Shown here in pieces: positions 27,576 through 36,564 of a stretch of DNA of 64,000 bases. Made by a program: the position numbers and the translations under genes. The first letter of the stretch is position 1; each line of letters begins with the position of its first letter. The stretch covers positions 81,739-145,738 of the forward strand of contig OZ246414.1 in NCBI GenBank assembly GCA_965231125.1. The letters are read 5' to 3'. The DNA comes from an uncultured Gammaproteobacteria bacterium (GTDB lineage: Bacteria > Patescibacteriota > Microgenomatia > Woykebacterales > RBG-16-39-9b). The notes below the pieces were generated by a model. That model did no database searches. It saw only the letters and a program-made list of their open reading frames with translations, and had not been told where the DNA came from.

Positions 27576-29270
27576 ATGTCTCTGCCCAAAAGATTAATTT
27601 TAATCTTTACTGTAATTTTAATTGCGATTTCCTTTTTTAGCTTAATTCCCCTAACGCAAGCCGCCTCTTCGGCTAGCAAACCTCAGAATAATCAACCGGT
27701 AAGTTCTAATAAAATCCAACCGATACCGGCTTCTTCAAACACAAATTTTCAGTACATTCCGACACCAAATGGAAATTACCAAAACCAAGAAGTAGCCCTT
27801 GGACCTGTTGGCGATTGGTTTGCTAATCGATTTCACGACGCAATCACCTTTTTCAGTGACCCTCTAGCTCCAATAGTAAAAGCGGCTCTCTTCTGGACTC
27901 AAGACGCTGCCTACCAACAGGCGGAAGGTTGTCCTTTTGAGGATGCCCAGTGCCATAATGATCAACGCCAACAATACCTTGCCGGAACTGATATTGCCCA
28001 CCTTTCTCACCCTGGAGCGCTGGATTACGCTTCCACCCTTTTGAGTAGTAGTTTAGATCTTCCGGTCCCCCTCGACTCAAGTCAATACTTCGCCTCGATT
28101 AATCCTTTTAGCCAGGCCCATGCATCCGGGGTTGGGGACCTCGCTCAAGACCCCATCCTTCACGTCTGGCAAAGAGTCCGAAATGTTGCCTACGCTGCCA
28201 GTGCGGTGATAATGATAATTTTGGGCTTTATGATAATGCTGCGTTGGAAACTAGACCCCCGAACCTCTGTGACAATTGCAAATTCCCTGCCCCGAATAAT
28301 TGTTGCTTTACTTTTAATTACCTTTAGCCTGGCTATTGCCGGTTTAATGATTGACCTCGCCAGAATAGTCACCAACCTTGCCACTGATTTGATTCCAATT
28401 ACGCTGCGCGGGGCGATGGGGTTAGCAGTTCTCGGTTTTTTTGCAGTGGGATCTTTGGTCCTGCTTTTTACTGCTGGCAGTACTATTGCTGCGGGCCCGG
28501 CTGGCCTCAGTATCGCCTTCATTACAGTTCTTCTGCTGTCGTTGATTTTGGTGATAATAATACTAGTTGTCTTCATTGTCCTTATTTATAAAATCTTAAT
28601 GCGCTATATAACCTTCATCGTTTTGACAATTTTTGCGCCTTTCTTTTTCTTAATTGGGGCCATTCCGGGGCTGGAAGGCGTAACCGCCAGCTGGTTTAAA
28701 CGCCAAATTGCCGCCCTTCTGGCAATACCGGCCATTGCCCTGATGGTTAATCTTTCCTTTTGGATTGGTTTTTCTGGTGCTGGCAATCTACCCAATCCCT
28801 GGCAGACAGGACCGTTACCAGTTGGTATCGTTGGAAATATTTTAAACTGGACAATTCTTTCCCCGATTGTCGGGCTTGGACTTTTCTTCTTCGCCACAAA
28901 AATGCCGGATATTATTGATGAGATGTTGCAAGTTAAACCTCTCGGTGCCAGAGCCGGAATCGGCCCCGGTGCTATACTCGGCGCCCCGATCGCTGCCTTT
29001 GGAACGCTCGGAACTGTTAACAGAGGTTTTCGAACCTTCCAACAAGGAGGTATGCTTTACGGCGCTTTACAAAATGATTCCCTTCTTGGCCGCTTATACC
29101 GACCTGTGGCACGTTTTGGTAGTTCTTTCCGTAAAAACCCAAAACCAGCCTTTCCACCTGCAGCTGGTGACGCGTGGGGTCAGGGTCTAAGAGATTTTGA
29201 ACGAAGCCGACAGGCTCAAGGACAACCTAGACAGGAAGGTGAACCACCCGACAGACCCCCAGGGACATAG
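27576..29270 (+). CDS. polytopic membrane protein, VirB6/TrbL-like (inferred)
   Basis: Signal sequence, a periplasmic domain, at least six TM helices and a Gly/Pro/Gln-rich C-terminal tail. Topology and locus context match VirB6. No sequence motif confirms it. Confidence 0.4.
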   Translation: MSLPKRLILIFTVILIAISFFSLIPLTQAASSASKPQNNQPVSSNKIQPIPASSNTNFQYIPTPNGNYQNQEVALGPVGDWFANRFHDAITFFSDPLAPIVKAALFWTQDAAYQQAEGCPFEDAQCHNDQRQQYLAGTDIAHLSHPGALDYASTLLSSSLDLPVPLDSSQYFASINPFSQAHASGVGDLAQDPILHVWQRVRNVAYAASAVIMIILGFMIMLRWKLDPRTSVTIANSLPRIIVALLLITFSLAIAGLMIDLARIVTNLATDLIPITLRGAMGLAVLGFFAVGSLVLLFTAGSTIAAGPAGLSIAFITVLLLSLILVIIILVVFIVLIYKILMRYITFIVLTIFAPFFFLIGAIPGLEGVTASWFKRQIAALLAIPAIALMVNLSFWIGFSGAGNLPNPWQTGPLPVGIVGNILNWTILSPIVGLGLFFFATKMPDIIDEMLQVKPLGARAGIGPGAILGAPIAAFGTLGTVNRGFRTFQQGGMLYGALQNDSLLGRLYRPVARFGSSFRKNPKPAFPPAAGDAWGQGLRDFERSRQAQGQPRQEGEPPDRPPGT

Positions 29271-29540
29271 CTTCGCCAGCAATACCACTAGTTGCACCAT
29301 CCTGATATAATTCAAGTCACGGGAAATACTGACCTGACGCTAAAGGAGAGGTTATGGTAAAAATAATATCCTTCCTATTAGGTCTCCAACGAGGTGGTTT
29401 ACTTTGGTCCCTGCTGGCTCAGCCTGATGGAGTTCTTCGCAGGTTAGCCAAATCGCTTCTGCGAATTGGTAGTTTTCGAAGAAAACGACAGATACCAGCA
29501 ATACCGCCAGACCCTTCACAGACACGCAGGATCCGAAACT

Positions 29541-29603
29541 AGGCAAAAGAAAAGGGCCGGTTCGTACATTAAGCATTTCTGCTTATTGCACTTACCGGCC
29601 CTT
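29541..29603 (-). terminator. putative terminator hairpin downstream of giant ORF
   Basis: AAGGGCCGG ... CCGGCCCTT, a 9-bp stem with a long loop, followed on the minus strand by a T-rich run. Confidence 0.35.
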
Positions 29604-29609
29604 CGCAAC

Positions 29610-32600
29610 CTAAGCGGCTACAATCACAAATCCGCTATTGGGTTCTGGCACTGCGCTCGTAACTAGGTTGTTGTGGCCCATATAGACCATCTTGATGTAC
29701 CTGATGTAACGCTGCTTCTCCTCCTCTCCTATGTTCCTAATCGCTTCCCGTAGAACGTTATTGATTTGGTCCCAGCGATATTTGTCGACGATCATTTCCG
29801 CAAGCTTCATAGAGTATCGGGAGTCAATTTTTGCCCAGCGGGCAATAGTGACAGTCAGGCGATCAACGTCCATCTCCCTCATCGCCTTGCCTCTCTGGAC
29901 TCCATCTTGCTCTTTGAACCTAGAGAGCCACCAACTATTACCCTTTAGGCTCTTGGCGCTTTCCTTAACGAACTCGAGTTCGTCTGTCTCACTCCAGTGA
30001 CCAAGCTCCCGCGCCCTGGCTTTACCGAGACTGTTGTCGAACACTCGGTTCCACCAAACCCATTCCCCATCTCGAACAAATTTGGACTCTGACTCAGCAT
30101 CGTCCCCGATTCGGAAGGGGTAACCCTCGCTGATCCAGGAACCGTAGGTGCCTCCGGAGAAAGCGTGGGCCCGACCCAAAAGGGTGAGCTCCATCTCCCT
30201 CTCTTCCTGGTAAGCGATCGCTGGTCTGCGCAGATCCCAAATCATTCGCTCCATACCGATCCGGCGACCACCAGGAAGCCCGAGATCGAATCTGCCCTTC
30301 GGAATTACGATGGTGGGTAGGCCTTCGGTGTTCCGCCGGACTACGGGGACCACCTGCTGCACCCGGTTAGTCATCGCTTCTTGCAAAGCGTACTGAACCC
30401 TAGCCCGCTTTGGCTCCTCGGGCTGGTGAGCCCACATTGCGTACATGAAGTTACGCGCTGCAGTGGCGTTGTCGTAGTTCACCCGAATGAAGCTATCATA
30501 GCCGTACGTATTTGGGTTGGACAAGCGCACGTTAAGCACCGCCAACGCATTCATCTGACCTAGAATCGCCTCGTTCTGCAGCCAAACGGTGATAGGGTCT
30601 CGGACGGCAAACTCGATGGTACGGGTCCAATCGTCCTCGTCTCGGTAGTTGCGTACCCTGCTGGTGAACTCCTTAACTAGCGTGTCAAAGTCGGGCATCG
30701 CCCCATCACCAGCCGCCGAGTTTAGCCCTCGCTCGCGCTTGAGCTGATCCAAGGCGACTGCCATTGCCTCGGCGTACAAAGTTGCCTGAGCACCGTCGTG
30801 AGGCATCTTCTGCCAGGGTTCCTTGAAGAACCAGGCCCAGTCAAGTAGCGAGCGACGAAGCTCAACCCTTTCCTGGGACACCTCCACGAAACGCTCAAAT
30901 ATCTCGTTTCCGAGAACGTACGCTTCCCTTTCGTCCCGAGTCGGTTCTTTGATCTCCGAGAAGACAGCCTGCCATTCCTCATGAACAAGCTTGTCCGGTA
31001 TCTCTTCTGGACTAGGGATCGGCGCAAAAGCCTCCCCCCGATGCAGTTTGCCCAGAAGGTGGGCCTGGAACCGAGCGCACCGATGCAGAATCATGTACCG
31101 CCGGTCGCAGGTATAATCGATGCTCTCCCACTCACCACCGAAGTTGTTCTGGACATACCGAGCTACGTCCGCATCTTCCATATTCCAACCCTCACGTTTG
31201 GTCCGCATAGAGCGGGCCATCTGCCAGAATTGAATACGGTGCAGACGCTTTCTGCGTCGCTCGATATTTTCCGCCCTGTAGCGGAAGGTGGAGTGATCCA
31301 CCACTGGTTCCCAGCTACCGTAGGAAGGCTGGTAAACTAGCTTCCCTGTCTCCTTATCAACCTTGGATTTACCAGGACGGTATACCCAAGTCACGGTGGA
31401 TGGTTGCTCCACGTACACCGCGAGCTGCACGAGCTCCTTGAGAGCCTGTGCCTGGCTGACTGGATCCGAGGTTTGCGCCCCAAAAATATCCGCCAGAAGC
31501 CAAGGCTCGTTCATCTGCTCGCTTGGATACGAACGGTCCATGTTTTGGTCCACGAAGCTATCCTGATCGCGGAGCCAACGTGCCCACCATTTCTTTAGGG
31601 CTTTGCGACCCTTTGTCTTTTCGAGCTCTATCATCTCTTCTTCGGTGGGTATGCGGAATCCGCTAACTACCTCACCAGTTTTAGGATCGCGTTTCTGCTT
31701 CCGACGGACCGTTTCTTCGAAGTATTTCCACGTCGCCCCGTAACCGAAGTACTCGGTTCCATCCTCATCCGTATAGTAGAGGATTTTCTCCGAACACACT
31801 TTGTGAGCGAGCATGGTGCGGCCTTTTATGTTCAGGTCGCCCACGTCGATTTCGTACTTCTCAGTGTGCGGATTGTAGTGCAGGCCTTCGGGAAATTCCT
31901 GAAAGACCCCTTCACGAACGTTTGCACCATTGCGGTAATACTCCGCTTCCACGCGGCTGCGGAGTGCCTCTTTTTCAGCTTCAGACAGCTCTTCGAGCTC
32001 CCCGGTTTCGGGGTTCTCCACGAAGTAATACCACTGATCTGGTTCCTTCGGGCGAAGCTTCAGCCGAAGCGCGCGGCGGTAGACGTTGTCTTTCTCCCGC
32101 CATTCATCCATTGGTGCGTTGGGTTTGTGCGGTGGAGGGACTTTATTCAACCCTTCGTTGTTCACTGGAAGGTCTCCAGCTCCAACAGCAGGGTAGAACA
32201 CTCGATAGCGAGTAAAGTCCTCTCTCTTCGCGATATCCTCCGCGTGCAACTTGCGCATAACTTCCAGCCGGGAAGAGCCAGGGTTCTTTTTGAGAGCCCG
32301 ACGCATCCGGTGGTAGCTACGCGACACACGCCGAATTTCCCGGTGGTACATCCAGTTAGGATAGCGTCCACCGGGACCAATGTCTTGACGAACTCTAGCG
32401 TGGTTCAGCTCGGGCGAAAGAACGAACATGTTCGTGTCGATACGAACCTGCCCAAGAGAAACCTCAGAGTTCTCTATTTCTTGTTGAAGTTTCTGTACTT
32501 CTTCCCACATGTGCTTTTGTTTTACGGTGTCCGAGATTCCAAACGAGAGAGTGCTGATGAGAAACGGGTTTTTTCCCTTACGCTCAATAGCGTAGCATAG

Positions 32601-32945
32601 AATCGGTTCCCGCTCTCCCATTGGGAATTCGGGCTTTCCGTCTCTGCCAACCCGCCATACCCCGTCCCTTGGTACAACGACTCGCTCCTTAGGCTTGGCT
32701 GTAACCACTTCCATGAAGAAGCGGCGGCCACCCCTCTGCCCGTTGATCTGGAAACCTTGTTCCGAATACTGCGTCTCAGCCAGAGCTTTGAGCTCCTGCT
32801 CTAGCGATGGGAGACCAGCGTATGCCCCCGATCCATATTCGGCTGGGGTTATTACCAGATCCGGTATTCTACCGAACCTAGTTCCGGGAAGAGCTTCCTC
32901 GAACTCTTCGCCATAACCGTCACCGTCCCCATTACCATTTGTCAT
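29610..32945 (-). CDS. giant orphan protein (about 1113 aa), soluble, Arg/Glu/Trp-rich, in a compositionally distinct (about 55-60% GC) segment
   Basis: Continuous ORF. The start is assigned to MTNGNGDGDG, preceded by an AGGAGG SD; the ORF track's upstream extension lacks an SD. No TM, no Walker A and no recognisable catalytic motif. Confidence 0.6.
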   Translation of the reverse strand: MTNGNGDGDGYGEEFEEALPGTRFGRIPDLVITPAEYGSGAYAGLPSLEQELKALAETQYSEQGFQINGQRGGRRFFMEVVTAKPKERVVVPRDGVWRVGRDGKPEFPMGEREPILCYAIERKGKNPFLISTLSFGISDTVKQKHMWEEVQKLQQEIENSEVSLGQVRIDTNMFVLSPELNHARVRQDIGPGGRYPNWMYHREIRRVSRSYHRMRRALKKNPGSSRLEVMRKLHAEDIAKREDFTRYRVFYPAVGAGDLPVNNEGLNKVPPPHKPNAPMDEWREKDNVYRRALRLKLRPKEPDQWYYFVENPETGELEELSEAEKEALRSRVEAEYYRNGANVREGVFQEFPEGLHYNPHTEKYEIDVGDLNIKGRTMLAHKVCSEKILYYTDEDGTEYFGYGATWKYFEETVRRKQKRDPKTGEVVSGFRIPTEEEMIELEKTKGRKALKKWWARWLRDQDSFVDQNMDRSYPSEQMNEPWLLADIFGAQTSDPVSQAQALKELVQLAVYVEQPSTVTWVYRPGKSKVDKETGKLVYQPSYGSWEPVVDHSTFRYRAENIERRRKRLHRIQFWQMARSMRTKREGWNMEDADVARYVQNNFGGEWESIDYTCDRRYMILHRCARFQAHLLGKLHRGEAFAPIPSPEEIPDKLVHEEWQAVFSEIKEPTRDEREAYVLGNEIFERFVEVSQERVELRRSLLDWAWFFKEPWQKMPHDGAQATLYAEAMAVALDQLKRERGLNSAAGDGAMPDFDTLVKEFTSRVRNYRDEDDWTRTIEFAVRDPITVWLQNEAILGQMNALAVLNVRLSNPNTYGYDSFIRVNYDNATAARNFMYAMWAHQPEEPKRARVQYALQEAMTNRVQQVVPVVRRNTEGLPTIVIPKGRFDLGLPGGRRIGMERMIWDLRRPAIAYQEEREMELTLLGRAHAFSGGTYGSWISEGYPFRIGDDAESESKFVRDGEWVWWNRVFDNSLGKARARELGHWSETDELEFVKESAKSLKGNSWWLSRFKEQDGVQRGKAMREMDVDRLTVTIARWAKIDSRYSMKLAEMIVDKYRWDQINNVLREAIRNIGEEEKQRYIRYIKMVYMGHNNLVTSAVPEPNSGFVIVAA

Positions 32946-33817
32946 TTGTGTTTCCTCCTCGCTGTTGAACCACCTCGACTTAGTCGAGGGTGCTGACCGG
33001 CAAACTTTCTTTGTGAGAACTGTTTCCCACTTTGGTGTTTGCTGGATCAGCAGCAACACCAAGGGGCGGCCGAAGGCCAGTTTTAAATTATAAGACGCGG
33101 GACATATGTCCAAAACACTAGAATCTTACATCCTAAATCTGACATCCATCCGTCCCTCGGTGTTACCTATACTAAGGAGGGGTCCTGGTTTTCACCGGGA
33201 CTTCGACTTGTCTAACGACAAGTCTTGTTTTTTGCTTGTTACCTCAATTTTTCGGCGTACTACAGGTTTAATCCTGTAGTTCTTTTGATCTTTATTCGTT
33301 TTTTAAGGTGCACATTAGCTTTTCGAAAATAGATCGCTCCGTAACCAAATCCAAGTGATTTGGGTACTCTCGCGTTCTGTGCTTTAAAAAAGCTAAGGGC
33401 TCTGGGTGACAAATTTCTTATCAACCAGAGCCCACCTTCGGGGTCCTATGAAGGGACACCTCAACTCGGAGGTGGCTCTGGATTATTTAGTTTAATTTTA
33501 AGTTCGCCCTTACTCATTTTTTCTAGCCTCTACTGACTGGCCGAATTTTAGCATAACTTAGCTTAAATGTCAACTATAAGTCATTTTGTAACTTCGAAAC
33601 CTGCGAGCTCTTGGTTTCTCAGGTACTCTCACGTCTCGCGCTAGGCGTCTTAACGCCTAGCTAAGAGCGCATCGGTTTTTATTCGCGCAGTACGATACAG
33701 TTTGACTCGGTTGCTTTTAGCCTCCCCATGAGCCATAATAATCCCTACAATAGTCGTAAAAAGCTATTTTTCGGCGAAGGATCAGCGAAGCGAGCCGAAG
33801 TATTGTAACCAAAAGTT

Positions 33818-34342
33818 ATGCAACAGCATCCTGTCCCACAGAACATAACAAGTTTTGAATTTAAGCTAGTTGGGTTTCTGACGATTAAGCAATTCGGCTA
33901 TCTTGCCGCTGCCGGAATTTTTTCCTTTGTCTTTTTCATTTCTCCAATACCGACCCTTTTAAAAACTATCGTTATTACTCCTTTTGCCGCAGCCGGACTT
34001 GCCTTTGCTTTTGCTAACATAAACGGTCTCTCGTTTGACAAGTGGATCGTTGCCTTTATTCACTCGGTCTATTCCCCGTCAAGAAGGGTTTGGCACAAAG
34101 TGCCGAAGGAGATAAGTTTTCTCGCGCCAAATTTTTCCTACTATCTCAAGCGGCCGCCTACCCAACAAAAAATTGCCAGTGGCGATCGGACTCGTTTAGA
34201 AAAATATCTTGCGCAGTTGCGAAACCAGCGTTTTAATTCTAATCTCGATGTTTTTGAGGAAATGCGCCTTTCAAAAATTGACTTTAGGGCGACTGTTCCT
34301 CACTTTACAACCGTAGACTCCCAAAGGGATGAAGGCGACTGA
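33818..34342 (+). CDS. PrgI/VirB3-like small membrane protein (inferred)
   Basis: 174 aa with two adjacent TM helices near the N-terminus. Sits two genes upstream of VirB4 and overlaps the next gene. Confidence 0.4.
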   Translation: MQQHPVPQNITSFEFKLVGFLTIKQFGYLAAAGIFSFVFFISPIPTLLKTIVITPFAAAGLAFAFANINGLSFDKWIVAFIHSVYSPSRRVWHKVPKEISFLAPNFSYYLKRPPTQQKIASGDRTRLEKYLAQLRNQRFNSNLDVFEEMRLSKIDFRATVPHFTTVDSQRDEGD

Positions 34343-35825
34343 GATGGCAGAACCCAACCAAGAAAAGACAGCGGCATATTTTCCTGAGATACCGACAGAT
34401 TTGCCGGAGAACGTCCCGTCTTATCCTGGCAAAAATCTACCCCGCGCCTATAAACCGGCGGCACCCTCCCGCGACGTTACTCACGGGCTGTTGGAGGGGA
34501 CGCGGAGTTTTGCCTCGGAAGTAAATTTTGATCCAGTTACAACTTTAAACCTGCCGGATAAAAACGTCTACGTGCGGCCGGTTAAAAACCTAAAATCCCG
34601 GGATATCACTCCATTACCTCTCAACGGCCCATTAAGTTTGCCTTCCAAAGGGGAGAAGATTTTTGATCTCTCGGCCGACTTTCAACGTCAGATTGAAGCG
34701 CGACTTTCTTATATTATGAATCAGTATGAAACCAAATCTAACCCTAACTTACCTGATTTAGCTCCACCACCTAACCTTAGTCCGGAGACTCCCAGTCCGG
34801 CGGAAACTGCTCCTGCCGCTGCCCAACCTGGGCAAGCTGTCCAGCGCCCGGTTATCAGCCCAGAAATTAGCGCGGCGGCCCAAGTCCCTCAAAGAGCACT
34901 GGAGACGCCACCTGCTCAACCCCAGAGTCCGGTTCCATATCAATCAGCCAATCGGTTACCTTCTGACCAAGAAGCTCTGCTTGATATTCTAACTAGACTA
35001 GAGAGGCAAATCCGAGAGTTGGAGATTCAAAAAAACGCCGCCCAAGCAAGGGTTGTTGAGCTAACCAACAAATATCAATCGCAAATTTTGGCGCTGGCAA
35101 AAAACCAAGAAGGTTTTAGCTCTGTTATTGAGCAGCTGAAAAATCAACTTGTCGAGGAGCAAAAAAAGAAACTGGCCGGGGACGCCATGGTCAACACTAT
35201 TAAAACAGAATCCCAAGTCGAAATTCAAAGACTAAAGATTGAAAGAGACTCTCTTCTTTCCCAGCTAAAAGAGGCCCAGACCAAAATTTCTGATCTACAA
35301 CAGACCGCGTCTAAATTCCCAGTTTCAGAAATACAAGTATCCGAACTTAAGGCCCGCCTGGCCCAGGTGGAGAGGGAAAGATCTGATTCCGAGGAAAAGA
35401 TAATGAAGTTGCAAAGTTTGGTGGACGATTTAAGGACGGGTTCCCGTGTGGCTGAGGAAGAAAGACACGTTATCACTGCTCAGGCGGTACCAGTAGAGTC
35501 TCTGACCACGGCAAAAATCGTGTCCCCGGCCCCAGCGTTTGGAAAAATGGCGCCTCCACTTACCACCATTCCTAACGTTGTTAACGGTATCATCAAAGAT
35601 CGCGCTGGCCTGCTCTTAACTGATGTCATAATTGTCGTAAAAGATGAGGCGAGTAACCCTGTAAGGGCCTTAAAATCGAATAAAATTGGTCAATTTGCTA
35701 TCTCAACACCACTACCAACCGGCACTTACACTATGGAACTTGAAAAAGAGGGTCAAGAATTTGATCTTGTCCAAATAAAATTGGAAGGAAAAGTAATGCC
35801 ACCCGTGGAAATAAAATCTCGGTAA
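34329..35825 (+). CDS. Pro-rich coiled-coil protein with C-terminal beta domain, T4SS-associated (inferred)
   Basis: PxxP-rich N-terminal half, a long coiled coil (ERQIRELEIQKNAAQARVVELTNKYQ...) and a C-terminal beta-sandwich-like domain. Overlaps the prgI-like gene by 14 nt. Confidence 0.4.
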   Translation: MKATEMAEPNQEKTAAYFPEIPTDLPENVPSYPGKNLPRAYKPAAPSRDVTHGLLEGTRSFASEVNFDPVTTLNLPDKNVYVRPVKNLKSRDITPLPLNGPLSLPSKGEKIFDLSADFQRQIEARLSYIMNQYETKSNPNLPDLAPPPNLSPETPSPAETAPAAAQPGQAVQRPVISPEISAAAQVPQRALETPPAQPQSPVPYQSANRLPSDQEALLDILTRLERQIRELEIQKNAAQARVVELTNKYQSQILALAKNQEGFSSVIEQLKNQLVEEQKKKLAGDAMVNTIKTESQVEIQRLKIERDSLLSQLKEAQTKISDLQQTASKFPVSEIQVSELKARLAQVERERSDSEEKIMKLQSLVDDLRTGSRVAEEERHVITAQAVPVESLTTAKIVSPAPAFGKMAPPLTTIPNVVNGIIKDRAGLLLTDVIIVVKDEASNPVRALKSNKIGQFAISTPLPTGTYTMELEKEGQEFDLVQIKLEGKVMPPVEIKSR

Positions 35826-35847
35826 GGGCAGCTGGTTTCAAAACCTT

Positions 35848-36564
35848 ATGGCCAACAAAAAAATTTACACAACTCAAGAACATTTAGATATCGATGACGT
35901 TAGAGACAATTTGGCCGTTCTAAAAAACGGGGAGGCGGTCGCGATTATTCAGACAAACGCGATCAACTTTGACCTTTTAAGTGAAAGGGAGCAGGACGCA
36001 ATGATCTTTGCCTACGCTGGCTTGCTAAACTCCCTCACGTTTCCGATACAAGTTTTGGTGAGATCAAAACGTTTAGATCTTTCCAATTATTTACAGTATC
36101 TTGCTCTTTACCGGCGGCAAGCCAAAAACCCACTTTTGGTTGCCCAAATGGATAAGTACGCCTCTTTTATTAAGGATTTAGTTGCAAGGAATGAGGTTTT
36201 GGATAAGAGATTTTATATAGTTGTGCCTTATCTAGCTATTAGCCTTACTCAATTAAAAAGTCTAGGCGGCGGCCTTTTAGGTAAAAAACCGCGAGGCACA
36301 AATCGCTGGAGCACCATTGAGAAAGCTAAAGTTAATCTTGAGCCAAAAATCGAACACATCGTTAAACAGCTTGCTCGGATTGGAATTAAAGCCAAACAGC
36401 TTACCACTGAAGAATTAGTCGAGCTTTTTTACGACTACTACAACCCCGAGGTAGCCAGGGAACAGAAAGCAGCTCTTTCCACCTCGGAGTACACAACTCC
36501 AATTGTGGAACCGGCGGTAAGCCCAATTTTAGAGCAGTCACAAGGAGACACGAATGCAACTTAA
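35848..36564 (+). CDS. putative N-terminal domain of a split VirB4/TraC-family protein
   Basis: 238 aa. Overlaps the VirB4 ATPase ORF by 11 nt. The combined length of 862 aa matches a full-length VirB4. Confidence 0.35.
   Translation: MANKKIYTTQEHLDIDDVRDNLAVLKNGEAVAIIQTNAINFDLLSEREQDAMIFAYAGLLNSLTFPIQVLVRSKRLDLSNYLQYLALYRRQAKNPLLVAQMDKYASFIKDLVARNEVLDKRFYIVVPYLAISLTQLKSLGGGLLGKKPRGTNRWSTIEKAKVNLEPKIEHIVKQLARIGIKAKQLTTEELVELFYDYYNPEVAREQKAALSTSEYTTPIVEPAVSPILEQSQGDTNAT

Noticed and set aside
29610-33113. GDD and SGG(T) tripeptides in the giant ORF as possible RdRp motifs, and NGDGDG as an RNAP-like metal site
   Set aside because: Spacing between motifs is wrong for polymerase palm domains (only about 15 aa apart). 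Isolated tripeptides at these frequencies are expected by chance. No supporting motif A or motif D was found.
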